NCBI GenBank assembly: GCA_050230475.1
Contig: JBFLGF010000093.1
Location: 1 to 64,000, forward strand
Direction: 5' to 3'
From: Ancylonema sp.
Taxonomy: Eukaryota
Length of the DNA: 64,000 bases
The notes below the pieces were generated by a model. It saw only the letters and a list, made by a program, of their open reading frames with translations. It did no database searches and was not told the origin of the DNA. Below are positions 50,801 to 63,984 of this stretch, in pieces (the stretch's first letter is position 1; each line of letters begins with the position of its first letter). A program made the translations under genes and the position numbers.

Positions 50801-53800
50801 CTAGCCATCATCACCCGATCAGCTACGCTGCCAGGCTCCCCCACTTCTGGGGGGTTCGCACCCCCTCCTTGCACCTCCTCCTCCCCTGCATCTCCACCTC
50901 CTGCGATGTTGATCCCTGATTGGCTGTCAGACAGCACAATCGTGGCGTTAGGGACCTCAGCAGCTTGTGGCTGGAAGTTGTCGTGCGGATAGTCGTTGGC
51001 AGCTGCTGGCTCAGGGACTGCTGGTTCTGCTGGTGCTGGGATTGGCTGCAGAACTGCTGGCATCGGTTGCAAAACTGGTGCTGCTGGTATGTTGGGGTGG
51101 ACTGCTGCTGCTGGCATGTTGGGGTGGACTGCTGCTGCTGGCACAACTGCTGCAGCTGGTTCATCTTCAGGGTCGGGGAAAAGGTAGAAAAAGTGTTTTT
51201 CTGCTGCCTCCTGAATCTGGGGAGCTCTCCCCCCCACCAGCTTCGGGTACCCCGGCACCTCCTCAAAGAACCTCACGTCCATGCGTGATATCACCCCAGC
51301 TCTATGGGGGTCGAAAACATTGTAGCCTGCACTCCCCGCAGCCATCCCCAGAAACACACCAAAGCAAGTACGAGGGGCAAACTTGTCCCCTTGACTGTTC
51401 TTTTCCCCCCCCCAACCTTCAGATATTGGACCAGACACCCGAAATTATGACTTTTAAACTGTCATTTTCTTCCCCTCCCAGACCTCAATTGGAATTTTCC
51501 CAGACAGCGACTTAGTGGGTGTTCTGTTCCTCAACCAGTTTGCATGTAATAATGCCACATCCCAATAAGACTTCGGTAGACCTGACCAGATTAATATGCA
51601 TCGCATTTTTTCTGTCAATGTTCTATTCAGTCTTTCACAGATTCCGTTTTGTTCAGGACGATATGCTTCTGTGGTTTGCTTATCAATACCCTTCCCCCCA
51701 CAGTAGTTTATCCAGTCCTGAGACATATACTCCCCTCCCTTATCTGTCCGAATAGACTGTAGGGGCAGACCCGACTGGACCTCGAGCAATTGTATAGTGA
51801 CTCTTGCTCGGTTCAGTGCTTCATCCTTTGTTTTTTACAAGCTCACAAATGACAGACGTGTGGATACCTCTATCCCTGTCTGAGCATATGTAAATCCTCC
51901 GTTAGCTGACTTGACAGACAGTGGTCCAATGAGATCCAGGTGAATGCGACCCATCTTGGGGCATGTCCCCAGATCCGCACTGACCTTAGCATGACTGAGC
52001 TGAGTCATCTTCCCCTGACAACAAACCTGACATCCCTTTACTTCAGTTAATTCCCCCTGACTTAACTCTGGGATGTCCCCACGTCTGGCGAAATCTGACA
52101 TCACATCAGAACTGGGGTGACCCAATTTGTGATGCCAGACCATGCCTGTGGACAAATTTGCTGTAGTATCATGAGATCCAGGCATAACGATTGTGGCAGC
52201 AAGCAGAGTCAGACCACTAGGCTGCTGACACACATCAGCCCATTTCACATTTCCCTTGTTTAATTCAGGACCCGTGGGCAGCTGTAGAAAGCTCAGCCCA
52301 CCTCTTCTGACGAGGCACGATGTCGACACGAGGGTGCAGGCAAAGGTTGGGCCGTGGATCGAGCTGAGTGGCTGCACAAAGAAAGCGTCGCCATTCCTCA
52401 CTCGGATGTGCACGAAACCTGTGCCCTCCACCTTGTGTGACGAGCCGTCAGCAGTGGTGATGCAGGCCTTCTGCGTGCTCAGACTAGGTGTGTACTCCAC
52501 AAAATGTTCACGTGCCGTGAAAATGTGGTCGGTAGCACCTGAATCCAGGATCAGGGAGTCTGTGTGAGAACCAGCAGACAATGCCCGGGCTACATCGAAC
52601 GAGAAAGCACCGAAAGCTAAATAATCCACATTAGCGTTGAAGGGTTTGTCAGCAAGCGAGCAAGTCTAGCTTGTGCATCCAGCCCTCCTAGCAGCCTCTG
52701 GGTTCATTAGAGCCATGTCAGATGGTTCTTTTTCTGCAATGTTCAATTGTTGTGCCCGACAATGTTGCAATATCTGCACTTCTGCCTCCCCCCCTGAACT
52801 TCCCTGAATAGCGTGCGCAACATTTCCAGCTGCTGGTGATGGCGGAGGGCACTGAGCAGCTCGGTGGCCTGCCTGGTGGCACCTGTGACCTTTCCAAGGC
52901 CCCGCATGGCCTCCGCCAGATGCTGGTGAAGGGCAGTTCGCTCTGATGTGCCCGAATTTGTGGCAGCCGAAGCATTCGACGCCTGCGGCGTCTCTGCGAC
53001 CAGCTCCAGTCGCACCACCAGATCTGCTGCTACCTCCAGCTCCATTCCCCCCCCCAGGTCCACCATAATGCGCCTGGTGTCCTCCGGGCAGCGCCCCCCA
53101 TTTTCGATCGTTCAGCTCTTTCCGCACGTCGTCGCGAAGCAGCGCACTCACGATGTGTGGAATCGTGAAGAGGTGTGGCGACGACTCGGACCATGGCATC
53201 AGCGTTGAAACCATCGGACTGTAATGCGTGTTCAACGAATTCAGCACGTTGATCGCCTGCTTCGTCGGGATACTGGCGCCCCCAAATTCTTAAGGTCCTG
53301 AGTGCAGCTGCTGCAGACGCTTGACGTACACGTTGTGGAGGTCCTCTGCCTCCGTCTGAATGATAGCGCTTAGCAATGCCTCCGTATTTGCGATCTCGAT
53401 CGCACCATGCACCTGGTAGAATGTCCGCAGAGCATCCCACATTCCGGCAGCTGTCGTGCAGTGAGTGACTTGCGTCAGCTCCGATGGCCCCAGGTGCTTC
53501 ACAATATATGACATAGCAGCCAGATTATCCTCGTCCCATTTCTCCAGCTCCAACAGCTGCTGGGAAATCTGCTGCTGTCTCACCAACACTTCGACATCCA
53601 CGTCGATCCCCCTGGCGGCAAATTGCAGCTCGTTATCAGGTGTCAATGGAAGGATAACGTCTGGGCGACACTTTCGCGGCAAACTGTCCCAATCCATCAC
53701 CAAACGGTGCAGTTTCTTATCCGCCAGCCCATACTTGACCTTGAAGGCCCATCCTGTATAATCAGCTCCAGTAAATTGAGGGATTTGCGACCTATCCGAC

Positions 53801-54543
53801 ATTATGGCAGAGCTATATTGTGTGTAGGAGACTTTTTACAAAATTTCACGCTCAGCTCGAGTTCTCAGTGCAATTCTTTCCTGCACGCACTGCAGCACAC
53901 AGCTCAAAAACTTGCAGCGCAATATCAGAATTACGTGCAGACCTTAACAACCCCGAATATATTTGCGCTCACTGGCAGAATATACCGTTCACAGAGATGA
54001 GATTACCGCAGACCGCAGCGAAATCGCGTGGAGCCTTTAGTTTTTTACCTACACGGCGTCTGAACTAAACTAGACCGCACGTGGGCCCATAACCTCTAAG
54101 CTTTTGAGTGATTAGACGTGCCGGAATAATTAGGTGGGCGACAAAACGAACCGTAACGCAAAAGGATCTCTATCACTGATGATCAACGAGAAACAGGAGT
54201 TTGCGTGTGTGGAACGAATTGTTATTGTGATTGCATCGGGGATGGTAATACCCGATGCGCATTACAGATTGTTGTGTGCCGACGGTCGGCACAATTGACC
54301 GTCGGCCTATCATTGACTGACAGCTCTTCTACATGTCAACGGCACATGCCGGACATTTCTGACACGACTAAACTAGCCAGTCACGACGCTTCGACCAAAT
54401 ACCGTCTCTAACGTCGGAAACATGTCAGGTGCCCGGGCACAAACTTGCCCGCCCCGCAACAGGCACATCTTGTTTCTAGAAAGTGTAACCGGTCACAACT
54501 GGACTAGCACGCATAACATATGGCTATCCAAAATATTCTAACA
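47868..54543 (-). mobile_element. Copia A4, full length, degenerate gag-pol (53802 to about 49040), inserted in copia E RT
   Basis: 3' LTR 47868-48300; 5' LTR 54095-54543; PBS 54082-54094; TSD TCTAT at 47847-47851 and 54544-54548. Confidence 0.95.
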
Positions 54544-55971
54544 TCTATAAGCTAGTGGACCGTCCAAAAGGGAAGAAAGTGGTAAAGTCCAGGTGGGTGC
54601 TCCGGCTAAAGACCGATGTCGATGGAAAGGTGGTGACATACAAGGCTAGGGTAGTGGCCAAGGGGTACAGTCAGGTTGAAGGGGTCAACTACAACCAAAC
54701 ATTCACACCTACGGTTCGGTTTGAAGCTATTAGGAGTTTGATCGCTTTAGGGGTCTCGGAGGGGTTAGAGATGCATCAAATGGATGTGACGACGGCCTTT
54801 CTTTACGCACCCTTAGAGGAGGAGGTCTACATGGAACAGCCCGAGGGGACGTGCTTGCCGGGTGATGAGGAAAAGTGATGAGGAAAAGGTGTTTACGGCT
54901 TGAAGCAGGCTCCGAGGCTTCACAAGGCTTGTTTCAGACTTCGGCATCTATGTGAAAGGGGAGGGAGCGGATAAGGTGTATCTAGCCCTCTATGTCGATG
55001 ACTTGTTTTTGTTGGGGAAATTGTTGGGGAAGATCATGGAGGTGAAGGGGATTTTCCACCAAGAGTTCAAGATGAAAGACCTCGGGGAGGCAAAGTTCCT
55101 ACTTGGGATAGTGATCCGTCGGATTCAGGGGGGAGACGTGTTCGTGGTACAGGAGAAGTACGCCAAGGAGGTGGTGGTGAGGTTCGGGATGGAGAACTCG
55201 AAGCCTGCATCTACACCCTTGGAGCCCGGGTCCAAGGAGTGCCAAGCAGAAGCCTGAGTCCGAAGCCGAGTGGGAGCTGCTCTCTCATGTACTTGAAGGA
55301 TCAGCCATAGTGGGCCAATCCCTTGCCTGACCGTGACTCGCCCCGACCTAGGGGCTGCCGTGAGTGTGTTGAGTCGCTTCTCCCAAGATCCAGGGATGGC
55401 ACAGTGGGAGGGGGTGTAGCGAGTTCTTCGCTACGTGCACGGGAGTGCGGACGTGGGGCTACTTTACCGTAAGGGGCGTCAAGTTCCAGTTTGGGGTTAT
55501 TGTGATGCTAGCCATGCTAGTGAGACCGAGGAGTTGAGGGGGCGAGGAGGTTATGTTTTCTTGAGTGGTGGTGCTGCTGTGAGTTGGAGGAGCTCGTTGC
55601 TAGAGGTGGTGACACACTCGAGTTGCGAGTCCGAGTATGTGGCTTTGAGTGGTGCTGTGAACGAGGGGGTGTACATGAGACAGATGCAAGAGGAGCTGGG
55701 TGTGGTGAATTAGAAGGGGACTTTGATTGTGGGAGACAATGAGTCGTGCCAGAAGTTGGCTGAAAATCCCGTGTTCCATCGATGTTCGAAACACATCTTG
55801 GTGAAGTTCCATTCGGTGCGCCAACACGTGAGGGATGGGAAGATTGAGTTGCAGAAAATTGAGACGAAGGCCATGGGGGCAGATATTTTGACCAAGTGTG
55901 TGGGACCAGGAGTGCTAAAGGAGAACATGCGACTGATAGGGATGAGTCGAGGTGGAGGCAAGATTGTTTGA
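54544..55971 (+). pseudogene. pol: Copia E pol, 3' part (RT, RNase H)
   Basis: YKARVVAKGYSQ, QMDVTTAFL, LYVDDL, GYCDAS, SSCESEY, ADILTK. Confidence 0.93.
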
Positions 55972-55989
55972 GGATTGCACTAAAGTTCT

Positions 55990-56420
55990 AGGAGGGGGAA
56001 TGTGAGTTGCTAGAACTCTGTACAATAAGTAAAATTTGGATTGTGGTTGTTTCGATGTGTAGATTTTGTAGATGATAAATCAAGGATAATTTGAGTGAAA
56101 TAATTAGTTTTGGAGTTGTGGTTAGAAAGATTTTACAAGTATTACGTTCTGAGTGCAAATTAGGGGTACAGTCGGTAAACCGTCAGAACTTTGAATTGGT
56201 CGACACGCGTCATGCGTGGTCCGAATCAATTGATGTTAATTGTGTTGTGTTTCATTTAGGATAATACACGTATTGACAACAGTTGGTGATTTTTGGACAC
56301 GTGTAAGGATTGACAGATAACGTGTCGACTTTACAAGACACTAGGTGTGAGATAGTGACACATAAGTGATACGTGGGTATGCTTAGAGGTCAGGGGCTGT
56401 CGATCCCAGAAGTTGCATCA
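55990..56420 (+). repeat. Copia E PPT (55990-56000) and probable 3' LTR
   Basis: AGGAGGGGGAA is followed by TG at 56001. The end at ..GCATCA 56420 is a guess because there is no second copy. Confidence 0.5.
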
Positions 56421-59400
56421 GTTAGGATTTGCGTTGGTTTGTACTAAGACTCTCGAGTCTGAAATTTCTACTATATTTTTTAAGAATAATTTCTTGCAAG
56501 GAGACCATGATGAATTGATATATGAATTCTGAATTTGCACTTGTTGAATACTCTGCTTTTACATAAAGGAGAGTAGTGCACGTTCAATATGCAATATGCG
56601 GAACCTATGATTTCGAAATAGAAATCAGGAGGTGTGGTGACTTGCTCTCTTTCAAAATAAGAAATTATTTCGAAATTAAAGATCAAGGTCTTATATTGCA
56701 TTTTACTGACTTTCTCTGAAGAGAAGTCATTTAATGAGGAAAATATTCTGTGCAAAGGTGATTTCTGTGCAAAAGTGATTTACTGGTGATGTCAGAGTGA
56801 TACGAGGAGGAAAGAAAAGAATTTATATTCTTGAATGTGCGGTTCGAATTCGGAAAACCCCAAAAATAACATCTGCGATGATCGTATTGGGATTAATATA
56901 CTCATCAATGTGTCAGTATCCTGTGATGATCTCAAAATGAGTTGATCTTTCTGAGATTCTGAGATCGTTGTGTACCCTTTTATTAGCAAAGGGGAGGCAA
57001 ACGTGATTTCGTGGCTCCATCTGCTATCTTCGCAACGCGAAGGTTCAGCGAGGGCGGGAGATGCCGCTGTGAACGGAACGCATCTTCAAATGCGTTCTGG
57101 AAGTTGATGGCCGGGCGGGGAGGGAAGACTTACCTTTTGCAAAGCTAAGTAACTGCCCAGCCACATTGCTTTATCAATTCATGCTGTCTTACAGTAGGGA
57201 TTGGGAAATGTAATGGTGACTGCTATAAACCTATGAGGTTTAGGGTGTTCAAAGAAAATGTTTAAGGTTTAGGCTCCACTGTTGAGCTTACGCTTTAAAG
57301 TAACTCGCAGCCAAAGCTAGAAAGAGCCTGCGTTAGCGCTAGGGTCCGAGCCAGCGCCAGAGAGCCCGAGCCAGAACCATGTTACTGAGAAAGTCGTAAC
57401 TAACATTAAGGAGGTAGAATACCAGAAACCATGAACTTGAACATACGTTGAACAGCTGAACCACAGGGGATGGATGTCACACTGGTTCAATTGAAACCCA
57501 ATGAAAAGTTAAATGTTATAAACCACAGAGATGGTTGTATGGCGATTTGATCACAAAGTCGAGCCAGCCAGATAATGGGCGGTAGGCTGTGAAAATGAGG
57601 TGAAGCCAAAATATTGGTCAAAATTTGTTTTGAGGGTTCCTGATGCACAGTGTGTGCCGTCGTGTAGGGAGACGAGGTGACAACACTTTCAAGTGTGGAG
57701 ACGCTGCTGTCTAGGAGAGACGTGAGTGCAATAGGCACCAGGAGTAGGAGGGGTTTGGATCGGAGGACCTTTGGAGGCAATCGAAGGGTTGTGTTTGGAT
57801 GGCAATATGAGGGAGGAGGCTAGTGTGAGCCTGTTGGGCAGGGTGCAACACACATAGGGAAGGTATTGGCCATGGTGGCGTGCACCTTCCGCCAGCAGAT
57901 GTAGGTATTTGAGGCTCAACCTCGATGAGGAGACGAAGCTTGTATCTTGCCGGGAGGCGGATGAGACATAGGGATTTATGTCTGGGAGGGAACCAGTGGA
58001 GTAAAGGGAGAAGGATGTCGGGGGCAAAGGAAAAAGAGGAGGAGAGGCAGGGAACGTCAGTTAAAGTGAGGTGTGGGCAGATCACAATGCCAATGGAAAC
58101 ACGTAGAGGTGGCAAGAAACCAGCTTCTATGGGAAACACCGGAGGGGAGGCTGATAGTGGAGTCTAGTTCTTAGAGGACAGACTTCGGGCACACAAAGGT
58201 GTGGCACTTATGGAGGGTCGCTAAGTTGGTCAGCAAGACTCACTAGTGGAGTAGTGGGGGGGGCCCGTTCTGCCTAGTGATAAAGGAGTATGGAGTTGTG
58301 CTCAAAAGGAGTCAGTTTGTGAGAGAGCCGGGAAAGGGCTCACAGCCACCGCTAGACACGAGGGGTCTAAGGGGGTGACCCCCTTGGTGTTTCAACTGCC
58401 CACATGTGGGACCTGGGGCAATTTGAGCTAGTAATGGGAGGTGGGAGGAGTAGGCTGAAAGCAGGGAGACTGTGCTCCATAGAAAGGCCTACCACTAGCT
58501 AGTTGGGGGACAATACGAGACCTCATATTCGCAGGGTATTGGAGTTGGGAGGCCACGTTGCACCTCTGGGGGGGGTGAGATGGCAACAACCGTAACAACA
58601 GCAGCAGCAGCCGCAAAACCTCGGGGCAGTGTGCGGATACGCAACATGCCGGAGAGGATGGTCCGGTGCACCTGTGCAACGTGGGCGTCTCGGGACACAA
58701 TCGGGTGATTGACCGAAATTTGGAAAGGTGAGGGGAAGGTTAAACCCGTCCCAAACACCAGTTGAGTTACCCTACCAAGGAGTAGGGGTAATCACAAAGT
58801 TCTTCTCATTTTCGAAACCAACGGATTACAAGGGAAGTGTGACATGGGAAAACCAAGTGCACCATAATCTATCTAGGGTGGAACCCAATAGATTCATTAT
58901 ACATAAATATGGTATACTTTATGTGAAATCAACTTCCTTAATGGGAGTGTGATAGGTCAACTTCCAAAGATGGAAGCATGATGGGTCAATTTCCAATATA
59001 GAAGTGTGACGGGTCAATTTCCGGGGTGGAAATATGACATCAAACCCATGAGTCATAGCCATTGTCTAAACCAGTGGTATGAGGGTAGATGTTGGATTCG
59101 ACACCCAACATCGTTATCAATCTAGAGGGGATATGGGTGAATCCATAATCACCTCAAAAGATTATAACAATAAAGAGCAAGTGTTTCAATGCTTACGAGC
59201 ATAGTTATGAGTCTAGAGAGGTGATGGATTACATTCAAAACCTATAGAGACTATAACACGAGAAAGTAAAACTACTTCTACAAGAAGTAGTAAACTCATT
59301 GTCATACACATTGTCACATCGGAACCAATGGTATGGAGGGAGTTTGCTTACGAGCATAGTTATCAATCTAAAGGGGTTCTAGAGTATATCTATAACCTAT

Positions 59401-59888
59401 ATGGATTATAGCACTAACAACTAACAAAGACTCCATGGTGGGGGGGGGCAAACTAAAGATTCTACATAAGAACCATACATTGTAACAGCGGAACCAATGT
59501 ATGGAAGAGCACTGATGCATGCGGGCATATCTCTACATCGGAACCATACAATGTTACAGCGGAACCATTGTATGATAGAGATAAAGCGATAATGGTGTTC
59601 CATAGCAAAGATGTGCAATGGATGGGCTATGCCTTTGCCGGAGACATCTAAGACTCCATTGAGGGAGCACACTATTAATTATGAGTTACTTACCAATGGG
59701 GAAGTAGGCAAAGCATCTCAAGACCCAAACTATATACATTGTAACAGTGGAATTGATGATATGAAGGGGATGGCGCTACTTACCATATGGTGAAGTGAAC
59801 TAAAGACTCTACATCGGAACCATGCAATGAAACATCGGACACGTTGCATGAGAGGGATGAAGTGATAATGGTGTTCCATATCACTTAT

Positions 59889-60651
59889 GTGCAATGGATT
59901 AGCTTAAGCCTTTGCTGGAGGCATTGAAGACCTCCATGAGGGGAATTATATGCAATGGATTGGCTTAGGCCTTTGCCAGAGGCATTGAAGACATCCATGA
60001 GAGGCATTATATGCAATGGATTGGCTTAGGCCTTTGCCGGAGGCATTGAAGACCTCCATGAGGGGCATTGAAGACCTCCATGAGGGGCATTATGTGCAAT
60101 GGATTGGCTTAGGTCTTTGCCGGAGGCATTGAAGACCTCCATGAGGGGCATTGAAGATCTCCATGTGGGGCATTGAAGACCTCCATGAGGGGCATTGAAG
60201 ACCTCTATGAAGGGCATTGAAGACCTCCATGAGGGGCATTATGTTTAATGGATTGGCTTAGGTCTTTGCCGGAGACATTGAAGACCTCGATGAGGGGCAT
60301 TGAAGACCTCCATGTGGGGCATTGAAGACCTCTATGAGTGGCATTGAAGACCTCCATGTGGGGCATTGAAGACCTCCATGTGGGGCATTGAAGACCTCCG
60401 TGAGGGGCATTGAAGACCTCCATGAGGGACATTGAAGATCTCCATGAGGTGCATTGAAGACCTCCATGAGGGGCATTGTAGACCTCCATGAGGGGCATTG
60501 AAGACCTCCGTGAGGGGCATTGAAGACCTCTATGAGGTGCATTGAAGACCTCTTTGAGGGGCATTGAAGACCTCCGTGAGGGGAATTGAAGACCCCGATG
60601 AGGGGCATTGAAGACCTCTACGAGGGGCATTGAAAACCTCTATGAGGGGCA
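59889..60651. repeat. Minisatellite: 22-bp unit GGGGCATTGAAGACCTCCATGA embedded in 61-bp units
   Basis: Direct tandem copies are visible; the translated ORFs show a 22-aa (3x22 nt) period. Confidence 0.95.
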
Positions 60652-61156
60652 ATAATCAACATTCTACAGGTAGTATGATTGGTCAACTTTCATGAGAAGT
60701 GTGACACTTTCCTAACCTCAATTTACTCAGTCAATGAAGATGAACTAGATAATGTGAGTATGGTGTCACCAAATCACAAATGTGCTATGGACGAGCATAG
60801 CTCGTGCCATAGACATTCAATAATCCAAGGATGGATAATTAGTCAACTTTTTACAGGAAGTGTGACTGTCAATTACCATAACGGAAATATGACACTAAAG
60901 AAGTTAGTTATCATCTTTTACAGCGGAACCATATACATTGGCAAACCCAATGAATATGTGAAATGTATAATACAAAAATGTCATAGCGAAACACGATTTA
61001 AAACAAGTCCAAATAATATTGTCGTAAACGAGGAGTTTATGGGACAACTTCGTGTAGAAGTATGTCAAGTGACTTCATAACTGAAGTACGGTTATAAATT
61101 AGATTGACTTGGTAACTTAGAAAACTTAAAAAGATTTTCTAAGTCTACACACTGGT

Positions 61157-61388
61157 ATGATTTGTGATAACCGCATGCCGTCTACGCGCGGTTGTGGGGA
61201 GCGGTGTTTGATAGTTGCACGCCGCCTAGGCGCGACTATGTGAGTACGGATTGTGCCTACGGAGATGGCGTAGCTATGGGATAGCTTGTACGACGGCTTA
61301 GCCCTTTTTGTAGGCACGAGTTGTACGGTGTGCTTATATGGTGTGGTGTTCACACGTGTAGCCGTACACGATTGTCATAGGTACGACA
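61157..61388. repeat. Terminal fragment of LTR Z in tandem with a full Z LTR
   Basis: Direct repeat of 62223-62454, ending GTACGACA. Confidence 0.85.
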
Positions 61389-61390
61389 GC

Positions 61391-62454
61391 TGTCATACTT
61401 ATTCAAGTCGCACGTGCGGCACGTGTGTGCCGTACGGTCCCGACCGGGGATGACCCGGTTACGGTTGACAACGCTAGCATGCGGTCTGCGGTAGGGCGGT
61501 AGGCGGCTAGGAGCTGCGGGCCGGAGTGTGTATTTGTTCGATATATAGCGGAGGCCGATAGTGACCGATGGGTTATTCGTGCTCGTTAGTACGATGGCTA
61601 TGGCGGGGTTATTTGGTCGGGTGATTTGTAGCAAGCTCGACTGACCACATTAGGCGCAACGAGTTCGGATGGCCGCATTATGCGCGGTAAGACTATTTGG
61701 CCATACTATTATGCGGGCGTCCAGTCCGCGGGCGGCCCGGCGAAAGGCACAGTCGATTTAGTCTGTGATTGGTGCAGTACAGCGCCATTTGCGGAGTGGT
61801 TGGGAATGACCCGTTAGTCAATGTCGATAGTCGAAGATGTGGCTGAGATATATTCGGGTAGGATGCATTCGATTTAACGTAGGTGTACGTTCAGGATTGA
61901 ATCACAGCGTACGGAAAGTGGATACGTGGTCGCGGACCTGAAGGTCGGACCTTGGGTATGTAATCCGATTTTTGAGGACACTCGCGGCATCCTGCGCGAG
62001 TGCAGACCTAGCAAGTCTTGAAAGAGCGATGACGTGGCATCCTGTGACTGCGCTGTCGTGTAGCCATGGCTTGCTTAAAGGCTGGTAACTTATGAACCTA
62101 GTCTATGCGCGTAACCGAGTAGTCTTACATGAGGCTGCACTCAGTCCCTCTTGATTAGATGTTGCGTGCGTTACCTCGCCTAGTTTGTTAGTGAACACAA
62201 ATTTGAAGCGCGTGACGGATGAATGATTTGTGATAAGCGTATGCCGTCTAGGCGCGGTTGTGGGGAGCGGTGCTCGATAGTTGCATGCCGCCTAGGCGCG
62301 ACTATGCGAGTACGGAGTGTGCCTAGGAAGATGGCGTAGCTATGGGATAGCTTGTACGACGGCTTAGCCCTTGTTATAGGCATGAGCTGTACGGTGTGCT
62401 TCTATGGTGTGGTGTTCACATGTGTAGCCGTACACGATTGTTATAGGTACGACA
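61391..62454. repeat. LTR Z, full copy (1064 bp)
   Basis: TGTC...GACA inverted termini; both ends are confirmed by the other partial copies. Confidence 0.8.
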
Positions 62455-63889
62455 ACCTCGCATGGTGGAGTCGGAGCGTGAATGGAAATGATTGCCTTTG
62501 GGTGATCCAGTTCGAGAGCCAGTAAATGGTGAATCGATGGTGTTGCACCAAGGGTGAGGCATGGATCCCGCGACTCCGGATGGTGGTGAGTTGGAGATAG
62601 AGGACAAGTAAGGGTGACTTGCAGCGAATCATGTTTGGCGACGGGTTTGCCAAGAATGATCCTAGCCTTGCGAGGTGCCACATCAGTACGCTTGTTGATG
62701 TCGGCTGCTGCAAATTGAATCCGTCCACGTATCGCTTGAAGTGCTGCCCTTTTGGTTTCCATTCGGGCAAGGAAAGTTGCATGAGCTGACGGACTTGGTT
62801 GGTTGTAAATGCCTCGCTCATGTATGCTACCCCAAAGGTATCGAGGTTGAATGCTGAGTTGCGTTGAGCCCATGGGTGATGATAGGAACGGACACCATTG
62901 TGTCACCTTTGATTTCCTAGTCCACCCGATAGTGGAATCTGTGTCCCCAACTGTCGACGATCCCGCCAATGGGAACAATGAAAGAATTGCCAAGAAGGAT
63001 CGACTACTTGTCTGAGGGTGACAAGGTGAGACGGATTGGAACCGTGGTTTTGAACTTGCCTTGTCCAATGGTGATTGCATAATCTCGTTTGGTTACGCCC
63101 AATGATGTGTTGGTCTGTCCCGAAGAGGCGAGATATTCCTCGCTAGGATCTAAACCAGCCTTGGTGATGCCGAGTTGTTTTGCCATGGTGACACCGATCA
63201 TACAATCTCCTGACCCGGTATCGAGCACCATGTCTCTTGTTGGTTCGACTCCTTCGATGAAGAACGTTTGTTTGTTTTTCTCGATCACAGGCACCGTCCA
63301 ATTTGTGGTGATTCGTGCGTCTGGTTCAATGAATGGTTTGGTGTTCTTTGGTCTGACTGTGGAGTGAATTGCTGGTACCCTGCCCTGCAAAACCACTAGA
63401 ATGCCAGCTTGTAGTTTTTTCCACTTTTCCTTGGTCATGTGATCTCGTGGACAATCTTGCTAGATATAGCCTGGTTGAAACGGCGCATTTATCTTCTACT
63501 TTTTGTGGTAAAGGATGCGGAGGACCTGGTGCTATGCTGGCAACTACAGGTGAGAGTGTGACAGTCTTGTTGGTGAGTACTGCTAGCTGTTCTACTTTCT
63601 CCTGGCTCATGAGAGAGTTGAAAATACCGACACCCGTGACATATGCTGCTTCTTGCACATACCGTTGATGCTCTTTCTTTGTCATGTGCAGGTAGCGGGG
63701 TGTACTTGCCATCGGCATATTGGTGTATGCCGGAACGGAAGATGGTGACTGGGCCATGGGTTGTGTGGAGGACTGCTATTGTAAGTTGCTCCTCAAATTG
63801 GCTAGCTCAGCTTTCAAAGGGTTGATTGCTGTAGTCACGGTTGCTTCAATGTCTTTCCATAGGAGTGGCGGTGCGAACGAAGCACTTGG
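62455..63889 (-). pseudogene. Element X2 (diverged relative of X1): N-terminal region plus retropepsin
   Basis: MVLDTGSGDCMIG ... ITIGQG ... LSPSDK*SILLGNSF aligns by eye with the X1 protease. Confidence 0.75.
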
Positions 63890-63984
63890 TTTAAGCTTTT
63901 GAGTGATTAGACGTGCAGGAGATTTGGTGGGCGACAAAACGAACCGTACGCAAAAGGATCTCTATCACTGATGATCAACGAGAC
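63890..63984 (-). repeat. Copia family A LTR, U5 end, cut by an assembly N at 63985
   Basis: TTTAAGCTTTTGAGTGATTAGACGTGCAGG matches the family A LTR. Confidence 0.9.

Noticed and set aside
57487..58952. Possible host gene
   Set aside because: Short overlapping low-complexity ORFs with no recognisable motif; no call can be supported.
59889..60651. CRISPR array or repeat-protein ORFs
   Set aside because: Units are contiguous or separated by a constant segment, with no unique spacers and no cas genes. The ORFs are simple translations of the repeat.
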